Source: Macrostomum lignano (lineage: Eukaryota). From it: DNA of 64,000 bases. Under the pieces are notes generated by a model that did no database searches, was not told the DNA's origin, and saw nothing but the letters and a program-made list of their open reading frames with translations. How positions within the stretch are numbered: position 1 is the first letter of the stretch; each line of letters opens with the position of its first letter. A program made the position numbers and the translations under genes. The stretch is from the NCBI GenBank assembly GCA_002269645.1, contig NIVC01001407.1, positions 231,109 to 295,108 on the forward strand, in the 5' to 3' direction. Of this stretch, positions 63,844 to 64,000 are shown piece by piece.

Positions 63844-64000
63844 TTGTGTTGCAGAATATAGAGCAAATGGCAAAATCTCGGCTGTTATTTCTTAAGTGTA
63901 AACAAGGTAGGTGGTCGCTGATTGGGCAGGATTCGAGCCCGGACCCGCAGCTCATCAGGGGTGGAAGGGTGAAAATCCAGGAGCAGGTAGGCTCCCCTGC

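Larger units (their letters stand above)
43939..64000. mobile_element. Polinton/Maverick-like element (left part; continues beyond the window)
   Basis: It encodes pPolB (57232-60982) and compact intronless Polinton-type ORFs. AGTAGTAG at 43939 fits Polinton AGT-repeat termini. The motif GTAAATG(C/G)ATTGGTGGACTCTGCCGC(A/G)GGGAAAGC occurs on both sides of the 44360-53766 insert (~44021, ~53827, ~54410). The left boundary is inferred; the other TIR and the TSD cannot be seen. Confidence 0.75.

Noticed and set aside
53767-64000. Integrase, packaging ATPase, protease or capsid genes
   Set aside because: No recognisable motifs are present in this window; they may lie beyond its right edge.

Overview
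Repeat-rich metazoan genomic DNA with spliceosomal introns, poly-Q proteins and an interstitial (TTAGGG)n tract. The style suggests a free-living flatworm such as Macrostomum, but this is inference only. The left ~44 kb holds five host genes: a coiled-coil/NHL protein (5' part, runs off the window), a secreted coiled-coil + fibrinogen-domain protein, a poly-Q protein whose intron holds a 6-kb 25-bp satellite, CISD2, and an AIP3-domain (SRCIN1/sickle-tail-like) protein. Tc1, hAT, mariner and CACTA-like transposon relics and many minisatellites are interspersed. The right ~20 kb is a Polinton/Maverick-type element. Its probable AGTAGT terminus is at 43939. It is interrupted by two tandem Helentron-like non-autonomous elements that carry satellite arrays and tRNA-like heads. 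It encodes a protein-primed DNA polymerase B, a DEDD-like nuclease, PW-like and other Polinton-type ORFs. The most notable feature is an intact, intronless, divergent TATA-binding-protein-like ORF (61701-62264, -) among these genes. Three of the four minus-strand genes in this block share a TTAAGAA motif 48-69 nt upstream of their ATG.
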